The notes beneath the pieces were generated by a model. That model did no database searches, was not told the origin of the DNA, and saw only the letters and a list, made by a program, of their open reading frames with translations. Of a stretch of 64,000 nt of DNA, positions 39,219 through 49,910 are shown one piece after another (positions within the stretch are counted from its first letter, which is position 1; every line of letters begins with the position of its first letter). Source of the stretch: Phycisphaerae bacterium (GTDB taxonomy: Bacteria; Planctomycetota; Phycisphaerae; UBA1845; Fen-1342). The translations under genes and the position numbers were made by a program. The stretch is from contig JASFQK010000028.1 in the NCBI GenBank assembly GCA_050115495.1, positions 27,623 through 91,622 on the forward strand. Direction: 5' to 3'.

Positions 39219-40161
39219 GCGTCACCTCCGCCGCCTCGGCCGCCACCGGCTCGCTCTCGCCCGCATCCGCCTCGACCAGTTTCACGAAGATCTCCTGCAA
39301 GCTCGGTCGTTGCAGCTCGAACCGCGTCAGACGCACCGCGCTGACCGCCTCGTGCAGCAGGGCGTCCACGTCCACCCCCTCGGCCAGCTCCAGCCGGGCG
39401 TGACCGGTCGTGATCTGCGAATCGACCACGCCCCGGGCGCGGGCCAGCACCCCCAGGTCACCCTCGCCTTCGAGCACCAACATCCGCGTGTCGAAACGCG
39501 CCCGCACTTCGTGCAGCGTTCCGTCGATCAGCTTGCGACCGCGGTTGATCAGCACGATCCGGTCGCACAGCCGCTCGGCCTGCTCCATCTGGTGCGTCGA
39601 GAAAATGACCGTCGCCCCCTCCCGGCGTAGCTCGCCCAGCAGCCGCTCCAGCAGATCCACGTTCAGCGGGTCCAGCCCCGAGAACGGCTCGTCCAGGATC
39701 ACCAGCTCCGGCTCGTGCAGCAGCGTGCAGACGAACTGCAGCTTCTGCTGCATGCCCTTCGACAACGCCTCGACCTTGCTCATCTTGCGGTCGCGCAGCC
39801 CCACCCGCGCCAGGCTGTCGTCAATGCGCTGCGTGAGCGTCCGCCCGTGCAAACCCTTGAGCTTGCCGAAGTACCGCAGCGTGGCGTCCACCGTCATCTT
39901 GCGGTACAGACCGCGCTCTTCCGGCAGGTACCCCACCCGATCCTTCACCTGCATCGCCAACGGATGACCGAGAATCTCCACCGCCCCGCTGTCCGGGTAC
40001 GTGATCCCCATCACCATCCGCAACGTCGTCGTCTTGCCCGCCCCGTTCGGGCCCAGGAAGCCCAGCACCTGACCCGCGGGCACACGCAGGCTGAAGCGGT
40101 TCACGGCGGTGAACTCGCCAAACCGCTTCGTCACTTCCGTCAGCACCAGGGCGTCGGACAC
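39211..40161 (-). CDS. ABC exporter ATP-binding protein (NatA-like)
   Basis: GPNGAGKTT, LSKGMQQ, ILDEPFSGLD. Confidence 0.93.
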   Translation of the reverse strand: MSDALVLTEVTKRFGEFTAVNRFSLRVPAGQVLGFLGPNGAGKTTTLRMVMGITYPDSGAVEILGHPLAMQVKDRVGYLPEERGLYRKMTVDATLRYFGKLKGLHGRTLTQRIDDSLARVGLRDRKMSKVEALSKGMQQKLQFVCTLLHEPELVILDEPFSGLDPLNVDLLERLLGELRREGATVIFSTHQMEQAERLCDRIVLINRGRKLIDGTLHEVRARFDTRMLVLEGEGDLGVLARARGVVDSQITTGHARLELAEGVDVDALLHEAVSAVRLTRFELQRPSLQEIFVKLVEADAGESEPVAAEAAEVTHG

Positions 40162-40279
40162 GGCAGCTACCTCCCTGCTGGCCTAGTGAATTCCAGCGGG
40201 ATTATCGCCAGCCGGCGTCCCGCGACGAAGTCGGTACTTGTCAATACTTGTCACGCTTCCTGCGACCGCCGGCCGGTTC

Positions 40280-41167
40280 CTAGCCCAGCACCCGGGCCAC
40301 CGCTTCGCCCAGCGTCGCCGGACTCTCGCTCACCGTGATCCCCGCCGCCTCCAGCGCCGCCATCTTCGACTGCGCCGTCCCTTCGCCGCCGGAGATGATC
40401 GCCCCGGCGTGACCCATGCGCCGCCCCGGCGGAGCGGTCCGGCCGGCGATGAAGGCCACCACCGGCTTGCGGACGTGTTCGCGGATGTGGGCCGCCGCCT
40501 GCTCTTCGTCCGTCCCGCCGATCTCGCCGATCATCACGATGGCGTGCGTCTGCGGGTCGGCCTCGAACAGGTCGAGCAGCTCGATGAAGTTCAGCCCTTT
40601 CACCGGATCGCCGCCGATGCCCACGCAGGTCGTCTGCGGATAGCCGCGCTGGGCGCACTGCCAGACGGCCTCGTACGTCAGCGTCCCGCTGCGCGAGATG
40701 ATGCCGACGTTCTTGCTGCCATTCTCCGGCGCCTTGTGGATGTACCCCGGCATGATGCCGATCTTGCACTGTCCCGGCGTGATGATGCCCGGGCAGTTCG
40801 GCCCGATCAGCCTCACGCCGCGATCGTCCAGGAACTTGCGGGCCTGCACCATGTCCAGCGTCGGCACGCCCTCGGTGATCAGCACGACCAGCTTGACGCC
40901 GGCGTCCGCGGCTTCCATCGCCGCCTCCCCCGCGTACGGTGCCGGCACGAAGATCATCGTCGCGTCCGCCCCGGTATCGGCCACCGCGGCGTGCACCGTG
41001 TCGAACACCGGCAAGCCGTGCTCGGAGCGCGTCCCGCCCTTGCCCGGCGTGACCCCGCCCACGATCTTCGTGCCGTAGTCGAGGCACTGCTGTGTGTGGA
41101 AGGCCCCCGCCTTGCCCGTGATCCCCTGGCAAAGCAGCCGCGTGTTCCTGTCGACCAGAATGCTCAT
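40280..41167 (-). CDS. sucD: Succinyl-CoA synthetase alpha subunit
   Basis: [29 protein letters not shown]. Confidence 0.96.
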   Translation of the reverse strand: MSILVDRNTRLLCQGITGKAGAFHTQQCLDYGTKIVGGVTPGKGGTRSEHGLPVFDTVHAAVADTGADATMIFVPAPYAGEAAMEAADAGVKLVVLITEGVPTLDMVQARKFLDDRGVRLIGPNCPGIITPGQCKIGIMPGYIHKAPENGSKNVGIISRSGTLTYEAVWQCAQRGYPQTTCVGIGGDPVKGLNFIELLDLFEADPQTHAIVMIGEIGGTDEEQAAAHIREHVRKPVVAFIAGRTAPPGRRMGHAGAIISGGEGTAQSKMAALEAAGITVSESPATLGEAVARVLG

Positions 41168-41350
41168 CGTCGCTGGCTCCTGTCGCGCCGTCGTTCCGAA
41201 CGAGGCATTATGCCCCAGCCGGCCGCCCGAGGAAAGGTTCCCCGCCGCCGCCGAAGGGCGGACTCAGGTGTACGGCGGCCTCGGCCCGCCGCTGCCTATG
41301 CGAGTTAATGCCCCTCGATATCGCCGGCGGATTCGCGCGAAACCAGGAAC

Positions 41351-41371
41351 GGCGGGTGAAACCCGCCCTAC
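41351..41371 (-). repeat. GTAG-type REP
   Basis: GTAGGGCGGGTTTCACCCGCC; 2 mismatches to the copy at 18874. Confidence 0.6.
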
Positions 41372-41385
41372 CGTTCTCCCCGCCC

Positions 41386-42258
41386 CTACGGCTCCCCTGC
41401 CCCCTCCGGCAGCGCGATCGGATCCAACCGCTCCTCGTGCACGTCGTACCCCGCCGGCGGCCGCAACTCGAACACGCTCGCGCTGAAGCCCGTGTTCAAC
41501 TGCACGTCGTCGAACGTGATCGTCAGGTACGAATTCACCTTCCCCGTCCCGTCCAGCTTCGCGCTATGCAGCTTCATCGGCAGCCCCGCCGACGGCCCCT
41601 CCCGGGCCACCCACACGTCCACCTGCCGATAGCTCCGCCCCGTCTCCGACCCTTCCCGCGGATCCAGCCGCAGATGGTCCGTCGCCGGCGGATCACCCTC
41701 CGCGGGCGGCAACACTGTCACCGCGAATTCCCGCAGGATGTCCTCCTTCTTCTGCCCGAACGGGAGCGGGAACGGCCCCTCACCCAGCCGGTACGGATTC
41801 GCCGTGTCGCCTTCCCGCCGAATCTCCCGCTTCGTGTAGGTCTTCGTCTCCGAGTTGACCTCGATGTACCAGCGGCCGTCGAACATGTGCCGCTCGTCCA
41901 GCTCGTGCAGGCGGTTCGACGAGATCTTCTTCGTGAAGTGGACCAGGAACCGGGCGGTGGGCTCACCCTGCTGGTACCACAGCCGGCCCTTCTTCACGAC
42001 CGCGTCCTCGTCCAGGTCGAGCACGTATTGCAGCCGCCAGGTCACTTCGGCCCGCAGGTCCCGCACCACGCGCTCTTCCAGCCGGGTGAGGATCTTGTCC
42101 ACCTGCGGGTCCAGCGCCGGCTGCGTAGTGGCCGTCGCCGCCGGCTGTGAAGCCGGCGCAGAGGCCGGCGGTGAGCCCGTTTCCTGGGCTCTGGCCGCGA
42201 CGCCGACCGCCAGAATGGTTATGATGAGCCCGAGCTTGGTGCGGATCGTCCACTGCAT
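41386..42258 (-). CDS. Secreted LolA-like / lipoprotein-sorting family protein
   Basis: Signal peptide, FDGRWY, GPFPLPFGQ, 'ITFDDVQLNTG...FELRPPAGY'. Confidence 0.65.
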   Translation of the reverse strand: MQWTIRTKLGLIITILAVGVAARAQETGSPPASAPASQPAATATTQPALDPQVDKILTRLEERVVRDLRAEVTWRLQYVLDLDEDAVVKKGRLWYQQGEPTARFLVHFTKKISSNRLHELDERHMFDGRWYIEVNSETKTYTKREIRREGDTANPYRLGEGPFPLPFGQKKEDILREFAVTVLPPAEGDPPATDHLRLDPREGSETGRSYRQVDVWVAREGPSAGLPMKLHSAKLDGTGKVNSYLTITFDDVQLNTGFSASVFELRPPAGYDVHEERLDPIALPEGAGEP

Positions 42259-42371
42259 TAGCTGTTCTCCATCACGTACCGACCGCGGTGGGATTGTACG
42301 AACCGGTGGCCGCTGAGCAAAGTTCGCGTTAACTGCGATCAGGATCCCGGACCCGATATATCGCGAGCGCC

Positions 42372-43664
42372 ATGACCCTCCTTCTAGACCTGCTCTACGG
42401 CCTCGCGGTTTGTCTGGGCTGGCCCTACTTGCTGTACCGCCGCTGGAAACGCGGCCCCAGCGACATCCCGTTCGGCGAGTATTTCGGCCGTGTCCCCTCC
42501 CGGCCCGTTTCGGCCACGTGCGTCTGGATCCACGGCGTCTCTCTGGGAGAGATCAACGCCACCCGCACCATTGTCGAGGAGCTCCGCCGTCGCTCGCCCG
42601 ACACCGCGGTCGTCATCAGCAGCACGACCCGCACCGGCCTGGCCCGGGCTCGCGACCTGTATCCGCGGCACCTCGTCTTCCGTTTCCCGCTCGATTTCTC
42701 GTTCGCCCTGCACTCGCTGATGACCCGGGTCCGCCCCTCGGTCATCGTGCTGATGGAGCTCGAGATCTGGCCGAACCTCCTCGAGGTCGCCGCGGCCCGC
42801 GGCATCCCGGTCCTCATCGCCAACGGCCGCGTCACCGCCGAACGCAGCGTCCGCCGGTTCAACTGGCCCATCGTCCGCTTCTTCGCCCGGCGCATGTTCC
42901 GCCGACTCCGCTGGGTCGGTGCCCAGGACGCCACTTACGCCTCGCGTTTCATCGAGCTGGGCGTGCCGGCGGAGCGCATCCACGTCACCGGCTCGATCAA
43001 ATACGACGCCGCCGACACGGACGACCACGTGGCCGGCGACGACGAGCTGGCCGAGGCGATGGGCATCCGCCGCGATCAGCCCCTGTGGGTCTGCGGCAGC
43101 ACCGGCCCCGGCGAGGAAGCCATCATTCTGGACACGTACGGTCGCCTGCTCAGTGAGCACGCCGACCTGCAACTGGCCATCATCCCTCGCAAACCCGAAC
43201 GCTTCGACGAGGTCGCCGAGCTCATCGTGCAGCGCCTCTACGCTTGCCTCCGACGCAAGAGCGGCGCCCCCTACGTCCCGCCGGGTGTCCTGGAACCGCG
43301 GCCGGTCCTGCTCGGCGACACGATGGGCGAACTGCGCAAGTTCTACGCCCTGGCCACGGTCGTCTTTGTCGGGCGCACGCTCGTCCCTCTCGGCGGCTCG
43401 GACGTCATGGAAGTCGCCGGTCTGGCCAAGCCCATCATCGTCGGCCCACACACCGATAACTTCACTGAGGCTGTGAATCTGCTTCTGGCAGAGGGCGCCC
43501 TCCGGCGAATCTCGTCGCCGGCGAGCCTGGGCACGGTGGTCAGCGAGCTGCTCCGCCACCCGGAACGCCGAGAGCAGATGGGCCGTGCGGGCCGCCAGAC
43601 GATTATTTCGCGTCGCGGGGCCAGCAAGCTAACCGTCGACCGCATCCTGGAGCTGCTGCCCTGA
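42372..43664 (+). CDS. waaA: 3-deoxy-D-manno-octulosonic acid transferase
   Basis: WIHGVSLGE, ELEIWPN, GSIKYD, PRKPERF, DTMGEL. Confidence 0.93.
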   Translation: MTLLLDLLYGLAVCLGWPYLLYRRWKRGPSDIPFGEYFGRVPSRPVSATCVWIHGVSLGEINATRTIVEELRRRSPDTAVVISSTTRTGLARARDLYPRHLVFRFPLDFSFALHSLMTRVRPSVIVLMELEIWPNLLEVAAARGIPVLIANGRVTAERSVRRFNWPIVRFFARRMFRRLRWVGAQDATYASRFIELGVPAERIHVTGSIKYDAADTDDHVAGDDELAEAMGIRRDQPLWVCGSTGPGEEAIILDTYGRLLSEHADLQLAIIPRKPERFDEVAELIVQRLYACLRRKSGAPYVPPGVLEPRPVLLGDTMGELRKFYALATVVFVGRTLVPLGGSDVMEVAGLAKPIIVGPHTDNFTEAVNLLLAEGALRRISSPASLGTVVSELLRHPERREQMGRAGRQTIISRRGASKLTVDRILELLP

Positions 43665-43722
43665 CGCCGGCCCGGAGGATCCAGTGCAACTCTGTCGCCG
43701 TCTGGCGTGTATCATGTGCGGG

Positions 43723-44130
43723 ATGAGACGTTCAAGCTTCCGAATTGGTGTCCCCTCCAGGCACGGGCGTGCGCGCCTGCTCGCGGGCCTGCTGACACTG
43801 GCCGCCTTCGCTGCGGCCGGATGTGAGAGCCCAGTGGCCCGCGAGCGGCAGCAGGCCCGCGCCAACTCCCTCGGCTGGACCGCGGAGAAGCTGGCCCATC
43901 GCGAGCAGATCGCCGGCGAGCGGCTTCAACGCGACGCGGACTACATCGGCTGGTGGGTGCAGCGCGACGTCGAGCGGACGAAGCTCATCCCGGGCGCCGT
44001 TCAGCAATACGTCGAGTTCGACATCCGCCGCTGGCAGGAGCGTCAGAGTGACTACCTCAGCTACACCGGGCGCACGCTGCGCGGCAAGCCCGAGCAGACC
44101 GAGCCTACCGCCATCATCATGTTCTACTGA
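43723..44130 (+). CDS. Hypothetical lipoprotein
   Basis: Hydrophobic stretch ending in AAGC lipobox. Confidence 0.65.
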   Translation: MRRSSFRIGVPSRHGRARLLAGLLTLAAFAAAGCESPVARERQQARANSLGWTAEKLAHREQIAGERLQRDADYIGWWVQRDVERTKLIPGAVQQYVEFDIRRWQERQSDYLSYTGRTLRGKPEQTEPTAIIMFY

Positions 44131-44145
44131 TCCCCCCGCTACGTT

Positions 44146-45795
44146 CTACGGCTCAGCCTGCGCCGTCTCCCGCCTCGCCAGCTCCACCGCCGGGTCATCG
44201 GGGACTTCCGGCGCTGCGGCCACCGGTTCCATGTACACCGTTGCGGCTTCCCGGCGGAGGTCTTCCGTCGCCCGCCGACTCGGCTCCAGCAGCCACGCCG
44301 GGCACAAGGCGAACATCACCAACAGCACGCCGCAGAACAGCGCGCCCATGTGCTCCGCTTCGCGCGGCATCGCCTGCGCCGGCTGATCGTTCTCATACAA
44401 CAGCACTGCTGCGACGACGCGCAGGTAATACGCGGCGGCCATCGCCGAATTGAGCACACCGACGATCACCAGCACCAGCAGCCAGCGGTTGTAGAAAAAC
44501 GCCTCGCCGGTGACCTGCCCTTGTTCGACCGAGCCGGCCAGTCCGACCAGTGCCCCGCCGAACAGGCTGAGCTTGCCCCAGAAACCCGCCGTCGGCGGCA
44601 GGCCCATCAGCGTCAGCATGGCCAGGGCCATCAGCAGCGCCAGCCACGGGTGTCGCCGCAAGAGGCCCGCAACGTGCCGTAGTGTCTCGCACGGCTCGCC
44701 CCCGACACGCAGCAGCCCGAGCACGGCGAAGGCCGCCAGGTTGGCGATGCCGTACACAACGACGTAGTACAGCACCGCGGCCGTTCCGTCGCCGAGCAGG
44801 CCATCACCCAGCGACGGTCCGATCAGCACGCCAACGAGCATGTATCCCGAGTGGGCGATGCCGGAATAGGCCAGCATGCGCTTGATGTTCGTCTGCATCA
44901 GGGCGAGGGCGTTACCGACGGTCATGCTCACCGCGGCGACGATCCAGATCGTCCAGTACACCGCCGGCGCCGGCACGGTCTGCATCCAGTTGCCGGTGAC
45001 CAGCAGCACCTTGAAGATCGCCAGGAAGCCGGCGAACTTCGGCACGAAGCCCAGCAGCCCCGCCACCGGGCTCGCCGCCCCCTGGTACACGTCGGCGACG
45101 TAGAAGTGCATCGGGACGGCGGCGATCTTGAACAGCAGCCCCACGAATGCCAGCAACACGCCAGCCGACGCCAGACCGTGCGCGAGGGTGCCAGGTTCCG
45201 CCAGTGCCGCCGCCACCGCCGGCCCGACGTCCGCCAGCGACGTGCTGCCGCCGACGCCGTAGAGCAGGCTGAACCCGTACGCCATGATCGCGGCGGAGAG
45301 AGCACCGAGGTAGAAGTACTTCGTGCCCGCCTCCAGCGCCCGCACGTTCCGCCGACTCAGGGCCACGAGGATGTACGTCGGAATACTGACCAGCTCAAGC
45401 CCGACGAACAGAATGAGCAGGTCCTCGGCGGCGCCAACCAGCAGCACGCCGAGCAGCGACAGTAGCATCATCGACCAGAACTCGCCGCGCTCCTCGGTCT
45501 GCGGCTGAAGCCAGGCGACGAAGGTCAGTATCACGCCGAGCACGAGGGCGCTGTTGCGGGCGAAGAAGGCCAGGCTGCCGTAGGCGAGACCGCTGCCGGG
45601 AGTCGGCGCCTCGAACCCGAGCCGAGCCCGAATCACGACCGCGGCAATCGCCGCCAGCAACGTGCCCAGTACGACGCCCGGCGCCCAGCGTCCCGCCGCC
45701 GGCCGCGACGACACGCCCAGCAGCAGCACCGCGCACGCCCCGACGGCCAGGATGATCTCGGGCAGCAGCGTCCAGAGGGAGATCAGGTCGTACAT
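44146..45795 (-). CDS. nuoN: NADH-quinone oxidoreductase subunit N
   Basis: EAGTKYF, FKIAAVPMH, KRMLAYS. Confidence 0.95.
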   Translation of the reverse strand: MYDLISLWTLLPEIILAVGACAVLLLGVSSRPAAGRWAPGVVLGTLLAAIAAVVIRARLGFEAPTPGSGLAYGSLAFFARNSALVLGVILTFVAWLQPQTEERGEFWSMMLLSLLGVLLVGAAEDLLILFVGLELVSIPTYILVALSRRNVRALEAGTKYFYLGALSAAIMAYGFSLLYGVGGSTSLADVGPAVAAALAEPGTLAHGLASAGVLLAFVGLLFKIAAVPMHFYVADVYQGAASPVAGLLGFVPKFAGFLAIFKVLLVTGNWMQTVPAPAVYWTIWIVAAVSMTVGNALALMQTNIKRMLAYSGIAHSGYMLVGVLIGPSLGDGLLGDGTAAVLYYVVVYGIANLAAFAVLGLLRVGGEPCETLRHVAGLLRRHPWLALLMALAMLTLMGLPPTAGFWGKLSLFGGALVGLAGSVEQGQVTGEAFFYNRWLLVLVIVGVLNSAMAAAYYLRVVAAVLLYENDQPAQAMPREAEHMGALFCGVLLVMFALCPAWLLEPSRRATEDLRREAATVYMEPVAAAPEVPDDPAVELARRETAQAEP

Positions 45796-45797
45796 CG

Positions 45798-47498
45798 TTA
45801 AGACCCTCCCCCTGCCGCCGGTTCCGGCAGCGCTGCCGCCACGTCGTCCTCCGCGCCAAACACCGGCGGATCAACCGGCCAGCCGTTCACGCCGGCCGCG
45901 GTTTCCGGAGCCCGCGCCTCTTGAACCGAATCCACCCGCGCCAGCACCTGCGTGCTCAACGCCGGATCGAGCGTGTCCGTAATCAGCCAGGGGGCGACGC
46001 CCAGCAAAATCACCAGTGCCGCCAGCGGCGTGAGGATGATGATCTCCCGCCGGTTGAGATCGGTGCTCAGTCCCGCGGACAGATCGGGCGTGCCCGCCGG
46101 CTCCTTCATCGGACCGAAGAGCAGCTTGCCCGCCATGTACAGCATGTAGATGGCCCCGAGCAGAATGCCGGTCGCCCCCAGTACGCCGTACCACGTGCCC
46201 AATGTCGGCGAGTTGAACGCCGCGAAGAGCACGGTGAACTCGCTGACGAAGCCGTTCAGCCCCGGCAGGCCGATGCTGGACAACGTGAACAGAATCAGGA
46301 AGAAGGCCATTACGGGCATGCGCGTGGCCAGTCCGCCGATCTGCTCGATGTCGCGCGTGTGATACCGCTCGTAGATCATGCCGACCACGAGGAACAGCGC
46401 CCCGGTGCTGATGCCGTGATTGACCATGTACAGCACCGAGCCGCTCAGCCCGATCGGCACCAGGCTGAACATGCCCAGCATGCAGAAGCCCAGGTGCGAC
46501 ACCGACGAGAAGGCGACCAGCTTCTTCACGTCGCGCTGCACCCAGCAGCACAGCGCTCCGTAGATGATGCCGGCGATGGCCAGCCCGCCCATGATCGCCG
46601 CCCAGTCGACCGCTCCGGCCGGAACCATCGGCAGGCTGAAGCGCAGGAACCCGTACGTCCCCAGCTTCAGCAGCACGCCGGCCAGCAGCACGCTGCCCGC
46701 GGTCGGCGCCTCGGTATGCGCCAGCGGCAACCACGTATGCAGCGGGAAGAACGGGACCTTGATCGCGAACCCGCAGAAGAACGCCAGGAACAGCCACCAC
46801 TGCTCCACGCGCGTCAGCGACAGGCTCGAAAGCTGCACGAGATCGAAATCGACCACGCGCGTCACCGGGTCGGCCCCGCGCACGGCGAGGTACAGAATGC
46901 CGGCAAACGTGATGACGCTGCCCACGAAGGTGAACAGGAAGAACTTGTTCGCCGCGTAGCGCCGCTGCGGACCGCCCCAGATCCCGATCAGGAAGTACAG
47001 CGGAATCAGCGTGAATTCGAAGAAGATGTAGAACAGCAGGACGTCGCGGGCCGCGAACACGCCCATCATCCCCGCCGTCAGGGCCAGCAGCCACGCGTAA
47101 TACTCGCGCACCCGCCGGCGAATCGCCGTGAAGCTGCACGCGATGGACAGCGGCACCAGCAGGCCGGTCAGCAGCACGAGCGGAGCGCTGATCGGATCGA
47201 GCCCGACGTGATAGCTGACGTTCAACGAGCCGATCGGCCACCACTCGCCGGTCGCCTGGTCCTGAACCGGCGCGGGGACGGCGATCCAGTCGACGTCGCA
47301 TTCGCCGACCAGGCCCGTCGCCGGACCGGTGTTCGCCCCGACCCGCAGCCACAGCCCCAGGGCCGCGACGCAGATCACCACGCCTACCCACAGGGCGAAG
47401 CGCGGCACCTGCTCCTCGCGACGCTGCGGCCACAGGCACACCACCACCGCTGCCACCAGCGGCAGGAAGATCAGCAGGTTGAGCCCGAAAGCCTCCAT
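45798..47498 (-). CDS. nuoM: NADH-quinone oxidoreductase subunit M
   Basis: IKVPFFPLHTWLPLAHTEAPT, LLKLGTYG. Confidence 0.95.
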   Translation of the reverse strand: MEAFGLNLLIFLPLVAAVVVCLWPQRREEQVPRFALWVGVVICVAALGLWLRVGANTGPATGLVGECDVDWIAVPAPVQDQATGEWWPIGSLNVSYHVGLDPISAPLVLLTGLLVPLSIACSFTAIRRRVREYYAWLLALTAGMMGVFAARDVLLFYIFFEFTLIPLYFLIGIWGGPQRRYAANKFFLFTFVGSVITFAGILYLAVRGADPVTRVVDFDLVQLSSLSLTRVEQWWLFLAFFCGFAIKVPFFPLHTWLPLAHTEAPTAGSVLLAGVLLKLGTYGFLRFSLPMVPAGAVDWAAIMGGLAIAGIIYGALCCWVQRDVKKLVAFSSVSHLGFCMLGMFSLVPIGLSGSVLYMVNHGISTGALFLVVGMIYERYHTRDIEQIGGLATRMPVMAFFLILFTLSSIGLPGLNGFVSEFTVLFAAFNSPTLGTWYGVLGATGILLGAIYMLYMAGKLLFGPMKEPAGTPDLSAGLSTDLNRREIIILTPLAALVILLGVAPWLITDTLDPALSTQVLARVDSVQEARAPETAAGVNGWPVDPPVFGAEDDVAAALPEPAAGGGS

Positions 47499-47514
47499 CG
47501 ACGTCCCGTCTGCC

Positions 47515-49599
47515 TCAGCCGGCGATCACCGGCTCGACGAATTTCCAGATCAACAGCAGCACCGCCAGCCCGATCAGCATGCACAGCGCATAGCCCTGCA
47601 CCGCACCCTGCTGACCGGCCCGCAGCCCCGCTCCGAGCCCGCGCGGCACGGCCGACACCAGCCACACCAGCCCGTCCAACCCGAAGCGATCCACGCCGAA
47701 ACACACGTGCCCCAGCCCGCGCAACGGCCGGACGAACACGCGGTCGTACAACTCGTCCACGTACCACTTCGCATGCCACAGGCGGAACAGCCCGCCCAGG
47801 GCCTCCGCCGGCTCCTTCTGCGGTGCCGTGCCGTACAGCCGCCAGGCAACGAAGATGCCCAGCAGGCCGACGATCGCCGACAGGTACATCATGCCCGGCA
47901 TGCCGGCCGCGGCGTCGTGCGTCACGATCGTGCTGGCGTGCAGGTAGTGTTGGAAGTGCCCGTGCGGCACCAGGAAGAAGAACGTGTGCCCCAGCGACGG
48001 CCCCGTCCACACACCCAGGTAGCCCACGAAGATCGCCCCCAGGGCCAGCACGACCAGCGGGGCGATCATCACCGGCGGCGATTCGTGCGGATGCTCGCCC
48101 GCCTCCGGCGGCAGACGTTTCTCGCCGTGGAAGCACAGGAAGAACATCCGGAACGTGTAGAACGCCGTCAGGCCGGCAGTAACCAGCAGAATCACGCCCA
48201 GCACCCAGTGCCAGTTGAACGCCGCATGCACAATCGCGTCCTTACTCCAGAAGCCGGACAGCAGCGGGAAACCGGACAGCGCCAGGCAGCCGACCAGCAT
48301 CAGCCGGTACGTCCACGGCAGGAAATGCCGCAGGCCGCTGAAGTAGCGCACGTCGATGATCCCGCCCATGGCGTGCATCACGCTGCCGGCGCAGAGGAAC
48401 AGCAGCGCCTTGAAGAAGGCGTGCGTGAAGACGTGGAACACGGCGGCATCCGGCGCTGAACAGCCCAGGGCCACGAACATGTACGCAAGCTGGCTGATCG
48501 TCGAATAAGCCAGGATGCGCTTCATGTCGTATTGCGCCATGGCCATCGTCGCCGCCAGCACCGCGCCGATCGCCCCCAGCCAGACGATGACCGTCAGGGC
48601 CGCCGGCGAGTGGGCGAAGATCGGCCCGCAGCGGGCGACCATGTAGATGCCGGCGGTGACCATCGTCGCCGCGTGGATCAGGGCCGACACGGGCGTCGGG
48701 CCTTCCATCGCGTCCGGCAACCACACGTACAGCGGGAACTGGGCGCTCTTGCCCACCGCGCCGCACAGCAGCAGCAGGGCCACCGTCGTCATCTGCCACG
48801 GGGCCAGCGAACCGATGTGGTGGAACACGACCGCGTAATCCAGCGGGTTCTCGTGCGGCCCGACCAGCGGCCGCAGGAACAGGTACAGCGAGAAGATGCC
48901 CAGGGCGAAGCCGAAGTCGCCGATGCGGTTGACCAGGAAGGCCTTCTTCGCCGCCGCAGCCGCGGAGGGTCGCTTGTAGTAGAAGCCGATCAGTAGGTAG
49001 CTGCACAAACCGACGGCTTCCCAGCCGAGGTACAACAGCACGAAATTCCCCGCCATAACCAGGGCGCACATCGAGAAGACGAACAGCCCCAGGAAGGCGA
49101 AGAAGCGCTCGTAGCCCGGCTCCGGATGACCGTGGTGGTCGCGCATGTAGCCGATGGCGTAGATGATGACCATCAGCGAAACGATGGTTACGTAGAGCAG
49201 CATGATCCCGGTCAGGCCGTCGAAGTAGAAGTTGACCTCGATCCAGCGACCGTGTGTCAGGCGACCCTCGTCGCCCATGCTGATCCAGTTGAAGACGTGG
49301 TACGTCGGGTCGGCGTGCGCTTCGGCGGCGGGTTCGTCGCCGGGAGCGTGCATGGCCGTCATCGCCGGAGACGTCTCGGGCGCCGGTTCAGCCGCCGACG
49401 GATGCCCCAGGTGGAAGAACAACGCGATGCCGAGCAGCGCGGACACGCTCGTGCCCAGCACGACCGGCCAGTGGGCCCGGTCCGCCGATCGGCGCAGGGC
49501 GATCATCACGCCGGTGATGATCGCCCCCAGCAGCGGCCAGAACGGCAGCGTCGCGAAGAGGCTCATCGGCGTTGACGATTCCATGGCCAGCACGATCAC
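47515..49599 (-). CDS. nuoL: NADH-quinone oxidoreductase subunit L
   Basis: GKSAQFPL, WLPDAMEGPTPVSALIHAATM, HAFFKALLF. Confidence 0.95.
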   Translation of the reverse strand: MIVLAMESSTPMSLFATLPFWPLLGAIITGVMIALRRSADRAHWPVVLGTSVSALLGIALFFHLGHPSAAEPAPETSPAMTAMHAPGDEPAAEAHADPTYHVFNWISMGDEGRLTHGRWIEVNFYFDGLTGIMLLYVTIVSLMVIIYAIGYMRDHHGHPEPGYERFFAFLGLFVFSMCALVMAGNFVLLYLGWEAVGLCSYLLIGFYYKRPSAAAAAKKAFLVNRIGDFGFALGIFSLYLFLRPLVGPHENPLDYAVVFHHIGSLAPWQMTTVALLLLCGAVGKSAQFPLYVWLPDAMEGPTPVSALIHAATMVTAGIYMVARCGPIFAHSPAALTVIVWLGAIGAVLAATMAMAQYDMKRILAYSTISQLAYMFVALGCSAPDAAVFHVFTHAFFKALLFLCAGSVMHAMGGIIDVRYFSGLRHFLPWTYRLMLVGCLALSGFPLLSGFWSKDAIVHAAFNWHWVLGVILLVTAGLTAFYTFRMFFLCFHGEKRLPPEAGEHPHESPPVMIAPLVVLALGAIFVGYLGVWTGPSLGHTFFFLVPHGHFQHYLHASTIVTHDAAAGMPGMMYLSAIVGLLGIFVAWRLYGTAPQKEPAEALGGLFRLWHAKWYVDELYDRVFVRPLRGLGHVCFGVDRFGLDGLVWLVSAVPRGLGAGLRAGQQGAVQGYALCMLIGLAVLLLIWKFVEPVIAG

Positions 49600-49910
49600 T
49601 CGTCCCTCAACGTCCGCCAGGCATTGGCGTCCAGCGTCGGCTTATGCCGGTACAGCAGCACGACCACGGCCAGCGCCACGGCCGCCTCGGCGGCGGCGAT
49701 GGCCAGCAGAAACAGCGAGAATACCTGCCCGTCCAGGTTCACGGCCCGGCCGGGCAGCGGATATCGACCCAGGGCCACCAGGTTCACCACGATGCCCTGG
49801 AACATCAGCTCGGTACACAGGAACATGATGATCAGGTTGCGCCGCGTCACGAAGCCGATCAGCCCCATGACGAAGAGCGCCGCTCCGACCAGCAGGTAGG
49901 CGGTGAGCAT
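49596..49910 (-). CDS. nuoK: NADH-quinone oxidoreductase subunit K
   Basis: RRNLI...ELM, AAAEAAVALA. Confidence 0.93.
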   Translation of the reverse strand: MLTAYLLVGAALFVMGLIGFVTRRNLIIMFLCTELMFQGIVVNLVALGRYPLPGRAVNLDGQVFSLFLLAIAAAEAAVALAVVVLLYRHKPTLDANAWRTLRDE